A stretch of 64,000 nucleotides of DNA, from positions 496,001 through 560,000 of the forward strand of contig NW_027272242.1 in NCBI RefSeq assembly GCF_040938485.1. Direction: 5' to 3'. Shown here in pieces: positions 12,401 to 26,800 of the stretch. The stretch's first letter is position 1; each line of letters opens with the position of its first letter. The stretch is from Diadema antillarum (Eukaryota). The notes beneath the pieces are model-generated. The model was not told where the DNA came from and ran no database searches. It was given only the letters and a program-made list of their open reading frames with translations. The position numbers and the translations under genes were made by a program.

Positions 12401-15400
12401 GAGCCTGCTGTTGTTCATTTAAATTATGATCATTTGTTTTGTTGCAGAATTTTAAAAAACTTCCTGATGATTGCTACATTTGAAGGACAAAAACCTTCTG
12501 GATTGAGTGAATGCAGCAATATCAGCAGAATACATCAGTGAAAGTTTAAGGAAAATTTGACAATCTGTTCAAAAGTTTTGAAATTTTCTGCACAGTCACT
12601 GCTGGATGAGAAGACTACTACGGTGTATGATGTCACATGTGTAAAACAATATAGGGAAAATATAAACAAATTTCCACAAAGTTTCGTGTTTTGTTTTTTA
12701 AGTACATTATTCTCTCGACTTGTTACTGGTGTGTGTTAAGGGTAATATTATTCCCCCTGCCTTCTGAAAGAGGCAAGTCAAATGCTCTTTTATTATGCCA
12801 GAAAAGTAGAAATATATTGAATTTTCTTTATAATTTTGTTATATCATTCTACGCAGATGACATCACAATCTGTAGTAGTCATCTCATCCAGCGATGACAG
12901 CATTGAAATTTTAAAAAAAATCGTAACTTTTAAACAGATTGTCTGATTTTCCTCAAACTTTCACAGATGTGTTCTTATATTGCTGCATTCTCTCAATCCT
13001 CATGTATATTAAGAAGGTGAACTTGTCCTTTAAGACTGATTCTCAGATTGCAATGCATTCTATTTGATAAGATTAAAGTTCTTGTCTCTCTCTCAAGTTA
13101 GCCAATGTTAAAAAGTTTATTTCCAATGGATTTAATGACTTTTATCTGTTCTTAATCTCTCTCCATTATGAGACATATACTGAAATTATGTAAGCGGCGC
13201 CAGTTTCATGACAAAAAGATACTTTCTGCAACAACATTGCTCTTGAATTCAATGGGGCGATACGTGTATTTGTGAGAAGGGTTACTTTGAGTGCTGAAAC
13301 TGAACTCACATTGTTGTAGATGCTAATTGCTTGTTTTTATCCTTCGCCCTTCTTCCACCTACTGCAGCCATGTTTTCCGCAGAACAAGCCCGGTGTGGAA
13401 GTCAAGAGGCCAGGGCGGCCAATCAACATCACCCAACTCACCCGACTCAATGCAACCATGCCAAACTACATTGAAGTCCAGTGGATTCCCGAAATCGGAA
13501 GGGTAGGTGGCGAAATGAGAGTGTTTGAAATTAGCATGTTACAACAGGGGAAGACCCTCTGTAACCCAAGTCCTCAGAATCACACTCCTGAGTTTCTGCT
13601 GCTGTACATATCTTTTAATTTCAATTTTTAGCATCTAGTTGCTATTTCATATCATAGAATAGATTCTTTTATTTGAAGCCTACTGTAAAATGAGGAATGT
13701 TCACGTGCATTTAAATTTCGCGAGAGCCAAATTTGCAAAATTAAATGCAAGCGAAAGTTCTTGTCTTAATTATGCATGTACACATGCATTGAATGCCACG
13801 AAAAAGGCCATTGGCTCCAATTCATGACAATTTTGTGCCGTGAATATATCATGTTTTACAGTATTTTAGTCATGTACCATTTTTCTCTGCACCCTCTCCC
13901 CCCCCCCCCCCCCCCCCCTTCACAACATTTATAAGAAAATTGAAGTTGGGTTTTTCTGTGTGGTTTTGTCCAGATTTAATAAATATAACCATTTCCATCT
14001 GAACTTTCTTCATTATAGGATATAATATGCAGTTTAAGTCAGTATTGCCAACTTTAAATGAGGACAATACAGTGATGTGTACACCAAATTCCCCCAGAAC
14101 TCAGTGGGTTTATTATGGTTGCATTTAAGTAACATGTAAATTCTATTCAATTTTCTTGTGTAAGAGGTGTGTTTTTTTTTTCTTTCGCTCAAAGACATGC
14201 AACATTTAATTGATTTTCTTTTTCTTTACTGATCATTGGGGAGGGGCCACCAGAAGGGGAGGGTAGAGGTTGGTAAATTATCTTGCATGATCATTGTAAG
14301 TACACTGTAGCTGTTGTGAATTTTACAGTTGGTATGATTTCAATGCATTGCAAATACGGCAACCGTGACTAGTCCATGACTGACAGTCTATTGTGTCTTT
14401 CTAGGGGTTTGGAAGTGTTAGTAAGAAATGTTTTGGCCAAAGAGGGGGAAAGAAATTTGATTTTGATAATGATTGCCTCATTTTCATCATTTACAATTGT
14501 ATTCACAAGAATGTGACAGTCATAGAGAAGGCATGGCATAAACAGTACAGAGAAACATTGGGAGGAAGATGAGCAGACATCAAAATTGACTGATTGACTT
14601 TGTGCACTTCCAGGCAGTCTTTATTTATTTATTCTTGCCTATATATGGAACACAAAAATTCATTTGGCCCTCAGACCAGAGCTGACAAGTCAGCCTAATT
14701 CCAGCGGAATTCCCCCTGTAAACGTAAATATCTCAGCATTTTGTAGAAAGAGAATATAAATGTCCCTCTGATTTAGTAATGCCCATTGAAATGCATGCAA
14801 ATACCAAGGTATCTCCCTGATTATTGCTCTTTGAAACTGCCTTGATTTAGACACTATGTACGCCATATTTTGCAGGGCTTATATTTTCCCAAATTTTGAG
14901 AGTTGAGTGCTATTCGCGAATTTAACAACATACAAAAATATTTTTAACTCTGATCTGCAGCATTACTGCACTCCACGATCACAAATTTACATGTACCACT
15001 TGTGAAATTGTTGGGAAGTCCCGATTCACAAAAAAATTGGACTTGCTAAATATATTGTGTATACGATGTATGCAATTGTTAACAGGTCTGCTGTAGACTG
15101 ATGCTGTTGAGCGGAGATGATATGGAGTGTGTGTATGGCAGGTCTTTGTAATCAGTGTGAAATCTTGTAGAACTCATGAGCTAATTCCATCATAGTTATT
15201 CTCACTCAAGAGTGGTCTGCAATTTGAAAGTTTAGCATGTGTCATGGAAAACAAAAACAAACAAACAAACAATTTGATACTGTGCATGAATTTATGGGCA
15301 CAAAGCACAAAGTTCTTTGATATTGGGGTCCAGCTCTTTGCTTTTAAGTGCTCTCCGCTGCTGTCTTTGTTTAATCTTTAAATTTGGCCAAAGCGAATAA

Positions 15401-17859
15401 ACTGTAATCCAAGGATAAGAATCAGCAGCCAGACTTAAATCAAGTTTTCAGAAGCATTCAACTCATTTTGTGATTTTTCAGCATGTCATCAATTTTTGGC
15501 ATGGAATGTCACACATATTTTAGGATGTCACATAAAAATTTTAGGCAGGTGCGACGCACTGTAAAACCCTTTGCAGACCATTCTTGTGTTTTTATATAAC
15601 AGTATTTTATAATGCTCTAAAGCACTGTTAATTTCTTGGGAGTAACTTATCTAACATCTCATCAATAGAGAATAATGCTGCTTGTTGACAGAGTACTAAA
15701 ATGATTATTCTTCCATTCAACCTGTCAGAGTCAGCAGGTGTGAAAGGGGGAAGTAATTTATGCATCTTTTGAACAATTATCGAGAGTTGCTGGTTATGAA
15801 TATTGTGCAACCATACATTCATGCACCTGTCATGTGATATATTGTAAAAGTAGAAATATTTATGGTGTGGAATATTTTGCACATTCTGTGCAGCATGAAA
15901 CTTTGATGAAAAGAAAAGCATGCAAATTTGTGATGTGGACCAGTCACCATTTATGTGGTACCAAAGCTCATTACCACCATTGCAGTAGTTAGCTGTTTGA
16001 AGTGCTCACTCAAATGTCATGACTGATAAATCACAAAAAAAAAAAATCATAGTGCAGTTATTTCCACTTTTATAGTATTTCAAACATTACAAATTGTGCA
16101 GTGTGTCTGCACCATTCGAAGCGTGATATCTTCAGGTATTATTTGGTTTTGCTTAGTTTTGTATGTTTTTCCTGTCTATTCTCTCTTGCAGTCGTACTGC
16201 CTGTCCGTGTACCTGGTGAGGCAGCTGAACTCAGAAATACTCCTCCACAGGCTGCGCAGCCGAAACATACGCAATCCAGATCACTCGAGAGCCCTGAGTA
16301 AGTGGAGAGGAAATGTGAGGCAGTGCCAGATGCTCACATTTTCTGTGTAATGTGCACTGATCAATTCAAGAAACACTCGACACTCTGGAACCATGTTGTC
16401 TCTACAGTTGAATGGAGAGTACAAATAATTTGATAGGTCCAATAGGATGGTACTTCAATCCAGTCACATTGATAGTGTTACATCAAGGAGGTTAGAGAGA
16501 TGGAGTTACAACTGGCTGTTCTTACTCAAACAGCTGTCAGTTTTCTGTGTATGTACAAAAGAATTCAACAGGTACATTTGTGCCTTTGATGATCGCGGTT
16601 TGATGCCACATTCTTTCTGAGCAATTTGAAGATTCATTTCGGACTCTGACATAATGTCAGCTTTATTTTGCTTGTTTTATTATTGAATGAAAAGAAATTT
16701 CACATACTGACACAGCATATAAAATGGAAGTAAATCCCATTCAGAAATATGTGCAAAAATGTAAATCTGAGCTGTATATTGTATTTTATATATTGCATCG
16801 CCATGTTTGTACCAGTATAAACCGCTCATCTTTTACAAGAAGGGACAGCAAAAAGTAATTACCATCATAAAGACAATACCTTTCATAGATAGTGGCTGGT
16901 TATTACACTGTGAGACATGAATCAATCTATGGGACAGCTCCATTTTGGCACATGCTTACTTCCTGTCGTGTTATCGAACATGGATCAATGGGAATAAGAC
17001 TGTTGTGACTCCATGTCTTGAACCTTCTTGGTTATATCTTACTCTATGATACACTATGTAATTATTTAATTTGCCACATATCGTAGGTAGATAGATGACA
17101 GCTAGGAATGCACTTTAGTCTATGCAAAGATTTGGGAGCTGCACTCCTTAGTTTTCCAACTGACAATATCTTGCATGCCAGAGAAGTTATGATTGATTAA
17201 AGTTAAGCCCAGTTGAGATGGACTGATCTCACATGAACTGACGACTTTATGACATCCAGATAAGTGATGAACACCGTGGGTCCGTTTCATGAAAGTCTTA
17301 TGAGAGACTTTTTGCTCATAAGACACACTTATGAGAGCCTTCATGAAATGGACTTTACTTTTCTATATACTTAGCTACATATGAGTGACTGTGACCATTC
17401 TGAAATTTATATAAAGACTTTTATGTGATGACTTCATGAAATGGACCCCAGTTGTTTCAAACATAGGCACAAATGATTAATATACAACATTCCTGTGGAT
17501 GCCAGTATTCAATACAGTGTCATTCATTGAGTCGCAAGGAGTTCACAAGTGATTGTACAATGCCGTCTCATCTCTTTGCAGTCAAGGAAAAACTGTCCCA
17601 TGACCCAGACAGTGAGATCGCCACCACCAGTCTACGCGTCTCCCTCATATGCCCGCTGGGCAAGATGCGGATGTCGGTGCCGTGCCGACCGGTGACATGC
17701 ACGCATCTCCAGTGTTTTGATGCTTCACTCTACATCCAGATGAATGAAAGGTGAGTGACTTGGTACTGATATTGGAACAAAGTGATTGCCAAAACTTGTC
17801 TCCCTGCCACACTTTGTTCTCTCTCTCTCTCTCTCTCTGCAAATGTGTGTATGTATGTG

Positions 17860-17891
<32 letters not shown>

Positions 17892-20800
17892 CATATTGTT
17901 GGCATACATTCAAGATGACTCTTTTGTTATGTAAAATTGTAAAAATCAAGCAGAGATTATTAAAAAAAAAAATGAGTGTGTGTGTGTGTGTGTGTGTGTG
18001 TACCTTTGTGTCTGTGTTCTGTGTCTGTATTTTGCTAGCCATGGCCAGCAGCATGAATTAAGTTGGAGACCATGCTGCCACTTTTATGTCATGGAATAGC
18101 AAGTTTGATGCGGTATTTTTCCTTCCCTTTTTGTTAAAAACGCCAACTTTTTACACTATACAAGGAGCTTAACAATGACATAAGAATCACCAATGTTACA
18201 TTTGAAAACATGATTGTATGTGTACCATCTGCCTTAAACCTAGAAATATGCACTGGGTGGAGATTCATGTATATTTAGTACTTTGTATCACCAGCACAAG
18301 TTTCAAACAAGTTTCCCCTGTTCAAATAGTTGCATTCCTGTGAATTTGCAAAGTATCAACAGTCTGTGTAATTTAAGGCACACAAATTTTCTCATGCTGG
18401 ATCAAGTAAAAAGAAAAAAGTAAAAAAGTAATAATCATATAACTTTCCACCCTTAACAGAGTTGGATTATTTCAACACTCTTGTGTTGTCCAGTCAAAGG
18501 ACATTTGTAGTTTAGTGATTAACTTTGCTTTAATTTATGAAAAGAAATTACCATGCTGTTGTCCATTTGCACATTTTCATTTGTATTGTAGGAAGCCAAC
18601 ATGGATATGTCCTGTATGTGACAAGAAAGCTCCGTTTGACTCATTAGTGATTGACGGGTATGTAGACTCTCATTTTCAGTCTGTTGCATGTTTTCTCAAT
18701 GAAATGGTCGCCATCACATGAGTTCAGTGACTAGCAATGGCAAATGTAATACAGTATTATACTCAAGAATTCACTCACAGAATGTCCTGTAGTTGCCATG
18801 TTGGGCCACTTGATTCAATCTGTATTTGTATTTTGGTTATGAGATTTTCAGTGTCACCTGGTCAGATCCATTTGTAAGAGTAGGTTGTGACGAGTAGCGT
18901 AGCAGTGTTATAGTTCTAAGTTAGTGCATGCTGAAAGAGCCCATCTTTCTTGAAGTGGATAGTGCTCTTTAAATAAGTTTTAGCTATATATCTTACATAG
19001 TCATGATAATGTACTTATGTTTTCAATGACTTACTTTTGCATTGCTAAGACACAATTTCACCGTGATATGTATATTGTCATATGAAACTGGAAGTCCTTG
19101 ATTTGTTACTTTTGTATGCCAGTATGCTGAATTAATTGTTCCCATGTTACAGGGCCTCCAAGATTAGCAGGGTATACTCCACTTGTGAGTCTACCATGGG
19201 TGAAAGATACCACATAAAGGAATAGGTAGAATTTTTCCCCACTAAGCTTGTTACACTCTTGAGGTTGATAATTCAAACAGATTGTGTATAGTTAATCACA
19301 GTGGGTAGGCTTCATTTTGCCCAGGACTGTCGTTACTGTTACTCCATATAATGACACTGATAAGACAAAAAGAAAAAAAAAAAGATACATGTAAAAATGA
19401 CATGGATCCTTAAGACTCGCTTCAAGGTAAGGACACTAATGAGCTCGCTTGTTCATCAACAGACTCTTTCTGGAGATCTTGCGTAACCCACCAGAGAGCA
19501 ATGAGATCATCTTTGTAGAAGATGGCTCCTGGACACCTCTAGGACCCAAGCAGGAGAAGCCATCTCACATCCTCTCCTCACCCTCAAACTCTTCAAAGGG
19601 TGGCCACTGTGAGTGAAATATCTCCAATTTGATTTTTTCTCCCTTTTTTCTTGGGGGGGGGGGGGGGGTGGGGGGGGGGGTGGGGGGGGGGAGTCCTTTT
19701 CAGCATGGATTTGTATCATTTGATATTTTATGCTGTATAAATTATATGTGTCTTGCAATTATTCTATATTTGCATATTGTGCAAGTAGCCTGACATTTCT
19801 AAAAGTGACAGCATGCCCAAATATTACCTACTGCAACAGAATACAGTCTATATCAACTTCAGGGTGTAAAACCTCTTATTTTACTTCTTGAAAAGGAAAA
19901 CTACCTATTTCTCATTCCATCCTGTGGTTGTAGATTGCACACTTAACCTTTCATGAAATGGTCATACAAGCCGTGATACATGAGAAATATGTATATAGTA
20001 GTCCCAGAAGTACATAGGTGTGTGTGCTAATGTCACATGCATTGTTGAATGCACTGCCTAGAGATGAAGCCCGTTTGCATGATCTCATACTTCACTGCAA
20101 GATTGTGTTCAAATCAACATAATTGATTCTGGTTTTCATGTCTGAAACATCAAAGGGCTCTGTTTAGAACTAGATGTTGAAGTGAAATGTATGTGGTAGC
20201 TTGTGTTTGGCATGTTTCTTTCTGCTGCCATTGTGTAATATACTTTTGTATATCTTTTTATTTCCTTTCATAGCATCCTCACAATCAACACCCAGCAAGA
20301 AATCAAAAGAAGTGGTCATTGACCTGACATTAAGCAGTTCAGAGGAGGAAGATGACGATGATGACGACGATGACGACGACATCCCAGTCCAGCCTGTCCA
20401 ACCAGCTCCTGCCCAGCAGCAGCAAGAACCCCAGAAGATCGACAGCGATAAGGATGCTGAGGTGGAGGAGGACTTGGAAGATGCCGACCTGGATGACGAC
20501 ACGGCGGTCCAGAATTATGCCTCCAGGGTGGAGCAGCGCATCAACGACGATGACGACGACGATGACGACATCAGCGAGGCCATGCCGACCATGACGACCA
20601 GCGTCGACCACGGGAGTAATCGCGTTGAGCGGGGCCGGGAGACGCCCCACATGCCGCCCTTGCCCATACTCCCTACACCAACATCGAAAGGGTGCGTTGA
20701 CTTTCCATTCAATCTTTCCTATAGACCAGATCAGACACTCAGTAGAAACTGGCACTACACATATGAGAGTAACGGGTCTGACACACCACAGGGGACCAGT

Positions 20801-23800
20801 AACATCCATGAGGACTTCATTGACCTAGGGGATATGGGCCATCAGGTCCCTCTCAATTTCTCGCCAATGCGGCACGGCTCTTACAACAATAACAGATACA
20901 GTCCCTATTCACACTGATGAGAGTTGCTAATCCACAAAATAGCATTGACATCATTCTTGTCACCAGCAGTAGAGCTGCGAAATGAGATGTAGCTGTTGGA
21001 ATGATTGTTCCTATGCCTTTTGATAGAAGAAGCACATGTAGCTTTTAACATTCAAAGGCAAGCCAAACAGTTGGTGCCATTTCAAAGGTTTACGGTGAGA
21101 TGCTGTCTCTGATCTGAAGTAGACCATCTAACATGGAAGCACTGCATGTATGTGTTTTTGAGTAGGGTGGAGCATGTTTTTATTGTTTTTTATCTGCGTT
21201 ACATCATTTGAATACAAAGACATTAGTGCAGCTTTTAGTGGCGTTAGGACCTTAAAGCTCAAAGCTGATTTGTTTCACTTGAGAGCCAAAAGGTAGTATA
21301 ACCTTTGATATAACAAAAACATTTATGCCTTTCCACAATGTCACCATGTGCTGTTTCCATTTCATACAGCAGATGTTTCTCGTGTCAGTGTCTCAGTTTA
21401 GACTTAGACCAACATGCTGTAAATGCTTGCTCATGGCCAAGAGTAGAAGATACAAAATGTAGTAGAGCTATGAAGTTTAGAAATTGATGCCCAGTGCAGC
21501 TTCTAAACACACTTAGGAAATGCAGCAATAAATTTTAATTGCTCCTCAGAGGTTTCATCTCTACAAACGCATGTGGAGTTTGATGCATTTTGTTTGAGTG
21601 CAGGATGAAGCGTGCAAATGGTAGTTGAACATGTCCTGCATGTCCTTGCCTTTTGTTTGTCTGTCTGTTTTTGTTGTTTGTTTGTTTGTTTGGTGTTTTT
21701 TTTTTGGCATTTGACCATTTTTGTTAGTGAATGTGCTGCGTAATAAATTTGAATGTTCCATGTCACCATTGCTTGTGCGTATGCCTTTCCCATCCATGTT
21801 TACCCACATCACCATCAGTGCTACTAAGCTACTGCATAAAGTCCAACTTAACATCAGTTTTGGTTTGCAATGCATTGTCTGTCCAGACTATAAACACATT
21901 TTTTGTTTAGATTCTATAAATGTAAGATGATCAGCACTGTTGTCTTGCTGTGACTTCATTGGCCATCTGGTGATGGGGTGTATATCTGTTAATGTGTAAC
22001 AAATTATCTTGTCCACCCCCATATTAGAAGTCCATAGTGTGGCATGAAGATCCTCTAAATTACTTCTCTCTTCACCTGCTGGCATTGATCAAGTACCAAT
22101 ATAATCTCTGTGCAGTGAGCTCAATGGGAATTTTTTGTTTATTTGTTTTTTTTTTTTGTCATGTTAACTTAAAATCATACCTTTCCTCACTAGGTTAGGA
22201 GGTACAGACAGAGTAATATACATACTGTCTGGTCTTTATCCTCTGGCATGGAAGACTTACAGCCTGCAATTTCACACAACCAGTGTAACAGCTACTGTAC
22301 CAAGTACATTCTCTGGAAGCTAATTGTTCATTACCATAATAGTAGCATAGTGTTTATGCTTGCCCTGTGGTCAGTGGGTCCCAGTTGTTACATGAGTTTC
22401 ACATTGCAATGTTGGTCGTGCCCCCATATGGAATGACAAAGGGTGTCGGTTCTGCACGTATCGAAAGAGAAAGGAAATAAAGTGGGTAAAAGTGGCTGAT
22501 TATATACAAGTAGATGAAGCATCTTTCAAGAAGTATATCAGCACCAGTCTAAAAATATGTTGCTTTTTTCATAGATAATGATTTTACAATCCATTTATCA
22601 TGCGTATAATATTGGATTTATGAGTGTTTGTGTGTCAATGTGCTCTTGTGTTGAGTCTCATCTTCATCTTCTTTCTCTCAAAGTCTCTTTGTGAGGTTCA
22701 TAAATATTTATGTTGCATGCTTTTGGTGTGTTATTAAAGGTGATTATATTCAGTTATTCGTGTGTGTTGTTAAGTTTCCATGCAACCTTCATTAGTTATA
22801 GCTTGCACTTGCACTTCCATTTATAGTTCCTATGTTATTTGTTTGTGAATGTATCCTGATTTTGCTATTTCTCTTGTTATTGTTTCCTTGATTCCACTTG
22901 CAGTACCTATTTTTTTTTCTCCAAGTTTATTCATTTATTGTCATGTGATATGCCTTTTGCGACCTTGCACATTGTATTTTGTCTTTCTTTCTTTGTAAAG
23001 TCATCTTGCCCTATCCCCCTGTGTTGCCAATCTTTTCTTGAGGACATGTTTTTCAAAGGGTTGGTTTGGTTTCGGATGATGTGGCTGTTTGAGTTTGATG
23101 TTAAAGGGGAAATGGGACTTTTACATAGCAAAATCACATGTGTTCTTTTAACAGAAAGGTATGCAACATGTTAAATTGAGTGTGTGATAACATAACACTT
23201 GACACCTAGGCCCAAATTCACGAAAGCGGTACAATCTTGCCCATGGTTTAAACCATGGACAAGATTGTACCACCTTCGTGAATTCAGGCCCCGGAGTCCA
23301 TATTCTGTTGTTTGTCACCAGTTGGCCCAATTTGAATCTAGACAAAAATCGAATACCACCCAAATTTGGGATTTTCACCAGTTGTCCCGGTTTCATTCAT
23401 ATATGCATGATGTACTTTGGGACTCCGAGTCCTGTGCACTGTAAGTGAGAATTTGTCATAACCTGTGAGTTTTATTGGTCTTTGATTGGTGTTGAGTTGG
23501 TTTGCAGAGCAATGGACTTAATGCATTCTGCAACTTAATGGTGGTATGAGAAGTTTCTGCTATGTGATAGCTCTCAAGAACACACATGCACAGCTCATGG
23601 CTTGGTGTGAATAAATAGATGAGTAAATGAAAAAAAAAACACAAAAAGACCTAACCTCTCTCCAAATCTCACCAATTTTATGTGGATACATTGTCTTTGT
23701 TTAAAAAAAAACACCAAAAAAAAAAAAAAACGCTTTCTACAAAATTACAAACTCACAAAAAAAAACTCACAAAAAACCCACACGTTTGAAAGGTTTTTTT

Positions 23801-26800
23801 CATTGGATCACAAAAATTTCTAGTGTTGGGTTTGTTGTAATGTTTACACAGGGAGGTGTTAAATATGGAGTTGCAACTCTTTGTAATCCATGCGAACACA
23901 TGTTTGGGTTTTGAAGCATTACAATGGGACATCTAACAATCTGCTACATGTTGAAATCATGCTCGGCGCTGCTCTAGCCTGAAGACAAAATTTGGAGACA
24001 AAGAAAAAGTTTCACCTACAATGTGAAGTTTTGAATGAAATGCTAGAATTTGTTTTGAAAGTTTTGGAAAGAATTAAAAGTTATGTGAGAGTTCAAAATA
24101 AATCTTCAGACTGCTCAGAAAGACTGTGGCATCAAATGCCAGGACCAAAGGCACAAATATTCCCCTTGGAATTCTTTTGTGCATCCCTAGAAAATTGACA
24201 GATGTTTGATTAAATATGGCCAGTTGGAACTACAGTTCTCAAAGATCCTTGAGTAAACCAGCCCAGCTGCAAATTGCCATCTTGAAACATCTCCCATTTT
24301 CAAGCATTATATTTGTCATCCCCACTGCTTGGTCCGTATCAATCTCATTGACGCAACTGCATGTGAACTTGCCCCCAAATTTCTCTCACCTTGGCTAGAA
24401 GTAGACACACTGTTCTGTGGGAGAATCAAGTAGAATGCTTCTCGAGATTAGTTTAAAACCAAGAATTTGAGAAAAGAAATGTGTGTCTGTGTGTTGTTTG
24501 TCTAAATGTTTGATAAATTGTTTCTTTGATGTAACACATTTAAAGGGTTTTTCAGTTAGGGTACCATTAACAAATATTCACCCAATAGGGCGAGTGAATC
24601 TTAAAAGCAGATGAAAGCAATATTCTCATCCAAGAGGTGCATTTTGAAAACTTATCAATGTGGTCCAAGTGCTGAATACGTGTCTGTAAATATCTAATGG
24701 AGATGTAGCAAATTTGTTCGATCATTATCTTCAAGCATAGAATTTCAGTGAATGTAAAATTGTCAAATTTTGAGTGAGATTTCTCAACATTTTAAAAAGA
24801 CCATTTTTAGAAATTAGTCATTGATCACAACAGCTGAGCAATGATATGTGGTCATTTTGTCAAATTGCGTACATGCCCGAGGAGAAGTTTAATTTGTGTT
24901 TGGAAAACATTTGGCAGATATTATGTATATTTCTGAAAGAGGCATCAATTTGATTTCTGTGAGAGTACCTAGAATGTGTACAGAGTTTCAAATTTTTAAT
25001 GTTAGGAGTTCTAGTGCAGATAGATGATGCAGGCACCTGTCATTTTAATTTGCAAAATTTATTATAAAAAGATAGAAATAGATATCGTATTTGCCATTTA
25101 TAGTTTAAAGAAGCCTGTAAGTATTGCTTCGCTTGAATGTTGCTTTTCGCATTGGAAGAATACAGCTTCCAGGTTTTGTTTTTAAAACACACCTTACGGG
25201 GCATTTTCTTAGATATTTTTTTTTATTATGAGATCATGGGAAGACTATTTGGATTGGGCTTTGACCTATTTGCTCACTTGTTCTGTGAGCCAAATCTGTG
25301 GGAAGTTGCTGTAAGTTGGAGGCAACAGATTAATCTGTAATCACTCGACTGTGTACACTGTATTTTGTCCTGTAAAGGAGACACGTCAGTTGCATTGAGA
25401 GTTTAAACATTCATCTTTGTAGCACCTTTAATGGGTGCCATTTTCCCTCCATGTGTTTGCATTGAGTCTAAAATCATGTACAGTACTGTTGAAAAGACAT
25501 TTATGATCAATGTAAATATTACAAAAGGAAATGAAGCCAGTCAATATTGATAATATGAATTTACAAGCAGACATTTTGGTTAGGGAAATGCCAGGTGAAA
25601 TTCAGAGATTGAGGGGGGTGGGTCATTGATGCTGAAGGTCGAGGTCGAACATTGCGTCTAGACCAAATTCATGATATGGGATATTATAAGCACAACCAAG
25701 GGCCAACATTCATTATATCTGAAATTCCTAAGTCTCAGTCATGCATGCCTTGGTCTGATTTGGTATTTAAAATCAAAATAGACTTTCAGATAGCAAATAC
25801 TGTAAATGCTGAAATTTTTGTGGTGGTTTTATCCTTGCAAATTTTGCAGATCTAATAGGCTCTCAATCGCAAAAAGAGCAACTCGCAAAAATGTTGACAA
25901 AAATGAAAACAAAAATTTTTCCCACACTCAAGTAATACTAGCTATGGCAAGTCTTGTCTGGTGCTGGCACACTCAGTATTACGCGCACGCTGAAGCTGAA
26001 CTCTACTGTACTTGCTAATGGTCCCCCAGCTCAATCCTTGTGATATTAGTACGTTTTTCTGAAAGATTTAATCTCATTTCAATCAGTGTTATAACAAAAT
26101 GATTTCGTTAAGAAGTCACACTTTTTTCTGAACGTGTGTGTTGATTTTTTGCAATTATGATAATGAGAACATGACAAAGCTCAAAATTAACAGCTCACAA
26201 AAATGTCTGATGTACTGCCATTTGTGAAAATATCTATACGTGAAAAAGATATCAGCATTTACAGAAGTGGCTTGCATGGCCACTCTCATTATTTGTTGGG
26301 TGCAGATATTGCATGTGCTTTTGTTTGTTTGTTTGTTTGTTGTTGTTATTTTCCTCATGGTTGTTCATAGAATTTTACTTTTTGTAACTTTTGATGAATT
26401 GTAGACATGACTGTGATTTATATGAATTTGTATCCCCTTTGCTGTGACTGCTTTTGGACATCAGATTTCGGTAAGACCAGAATTAAAACGGTAGAAGCAT
26501 CCTCTGCCTGCATGGAATGTAACTCACGTAGCTTTGCTGTGTTTTTGTTGTGTTGTTTATGCACATCCTGTCATGCGGTGGTACAAAATAACTTTCATGG
26601 AAATGTCCCAGGTATCAGCATATGTCACACATATTTTTCTTGAGGTATCGGGTGCTCACACCTTACAGAATGGCATTTTAGACTGCGATTGTGTTGTCTT
26701 TGATGGTTTTTGCATGAATTGGTCATGGGTCGTTTCCTCTTGATAGCTTGCACGAATGTAATTCAAAGATGCTGTATCAGTAAAAACTGGTAATGGGTAT

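Noticed and set aside
20339-20809. 156-aa minus-strand ORF and other overlapping ORFs
   Set aside because: Antisense or off-frame shadows of the GC-rich PIAS exon.
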